DNA of 13,887 bases, from the UHGV virus genome UHGV-0185895; one strand, given 5' to 3'. The position numbers and the translations under genes were made by a program. The notes under the pieces were generated by a model. It saw only the letters and a program-made list of their open reading frames with translations, was not told the origin of the DNA and searched no databases. Of the stretch, positions 13,241-13,887 are shown piece by piece. The DNA is from a virus. Numbering within the stretch: position 1 is the stretch's first letter; every line of letters begins with the position of its first letter.

Positions 13241-13887
13241 GGGGCTGCAGTCATCCGCGCGCGCCGGGCTGCGCTCACTCTATCGCCCGGAGCCGCAAAC
13301 GGCAGTGGAGTGGGCAGACAATAATTATTATTTGCCGAAAGAATCAGCTTACCAGGAAGGGCGCTGGGTCACGCTGCCTTTCCAGCGCGCAATAATGAAT
13401 GCGATGGGGAATGACTACATACGGGAAGTGAACGTTGTGAAATCTGCCCGTGTCGGTTACTCGAAGATGCTGCTGGGCGTCTATTCCTATTTTATTGAGC
13501 ATAAGCAGCGAAATTCCCTCATCTGGCTGCCGACCGACGGCGATGCCGAAAACTTCATGAAGTCGCATGTTGAGCCGACGATCCGTGATATTCCCGCACT
13601 GCTGGCGCTGGCGCCGTGGTATGGGAAAAAGCACCGCAATAACACGCTCAGCATGAAGCGATTCTCTAACGGTCGCGGTTTCTGGTGTCTCGGCGGTAAG
13701 GCTGCAAAGAACTATCGTGAGAAATCGGTTGATGTTGCCGGATATGACGAACTGGCGGCATTCGATGAGGACATCGAGAAAGAAGGTTCGCCAACGTTTC
13801 TGGGTGATAAGCGAATCGAGGGTTCTGTCTGGCCCAAATCAATCCGCGGCTCTACCCCAAAAATTCGTGGTACCTGCCAGATTGAAC
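13215..13887 (+). CDS. A: Terminase large subunit (lambda gpA-like), 5' portion; continues beyond the window
   Basis: GTG start at 13215 overlapping the 3' end of the small-subunit gene; translation MNISNSQIKGLQSSARAGLRSLYRPEPQTAVEWADNNYYLPKESAYQEGRW... closely matches the lambda gpA N-terminus as recalled; no stop before the window end. Confidence 0.9.
   Translation, partial: MNISNSQIKGLQSSARAGLRSLYRPEPQTAVEWADNNYYLPKESAYQEGRWVTLPFQRAIMNAMGNDYIREVNVVKSARVGYSKMLLGVYSYFIEHKQRNSLIWLPTDGDAENFMKSHVEPTIRDIPALLALAPWYGKKHRNNTLSMKRFSNGRGFWCLGGKAAKNYREKSVDVAGYDELAAFDEDIEKEGSPTFLGDKRIEGSVWPKSIRGSTPKIRGTCQIE

Noticed and set aside
13344-13634. 96-aa minus-strand ORF
   Set aside because: Antisense within the terminase large-subunit gene, whose translation matches lambda gpA as recalled.

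Overview
This window reads as a contiguous stretch of a lambda-like (lambdoid) prophage or phage genome from an enterobacterial host; all calls below rest on reading the ORF translations and sequence by eye, with no database search run. In order it holds: a CI/Cro-type immunity switch with GTAC-containing palindromic operators; an early-right operon of mostly start/stop-overlapping genes (Cro, YdaT-like regulator, Rha antirepressor, replication initiator with internal iteron-like repeats, adenine and cytosine-5 methyltransferases, a DUF968 protein, a Q-like antiterminator); a self-contained hicAB toxin-antitoxin cassette sitting between Q and the lysis genes; a phage-21-type lysis cassette (dual-start pinholin, SAR endolysin, Rz with embedded Rz1); an AT-rich accessory island carrying an opposite-strand retropepsin-like aspartic protease; two unidentified translationally coupled ORFs; a cos site whose 12-nt cohesive end matches lambda's; and terminase small subunit plus the 5' part of terminase large subunit. 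The best candidates for something undescribed are the retropepsin-like protease island (10805-11655), the two unknown ORFs before cos (11656-12401), and the long cytosine-5 methyltransferase, which carries about seven tandem internal repeats and a non-canonical catalytic motif. No rRNA, tRNA, CRISPR array, integrase or att site was seen.
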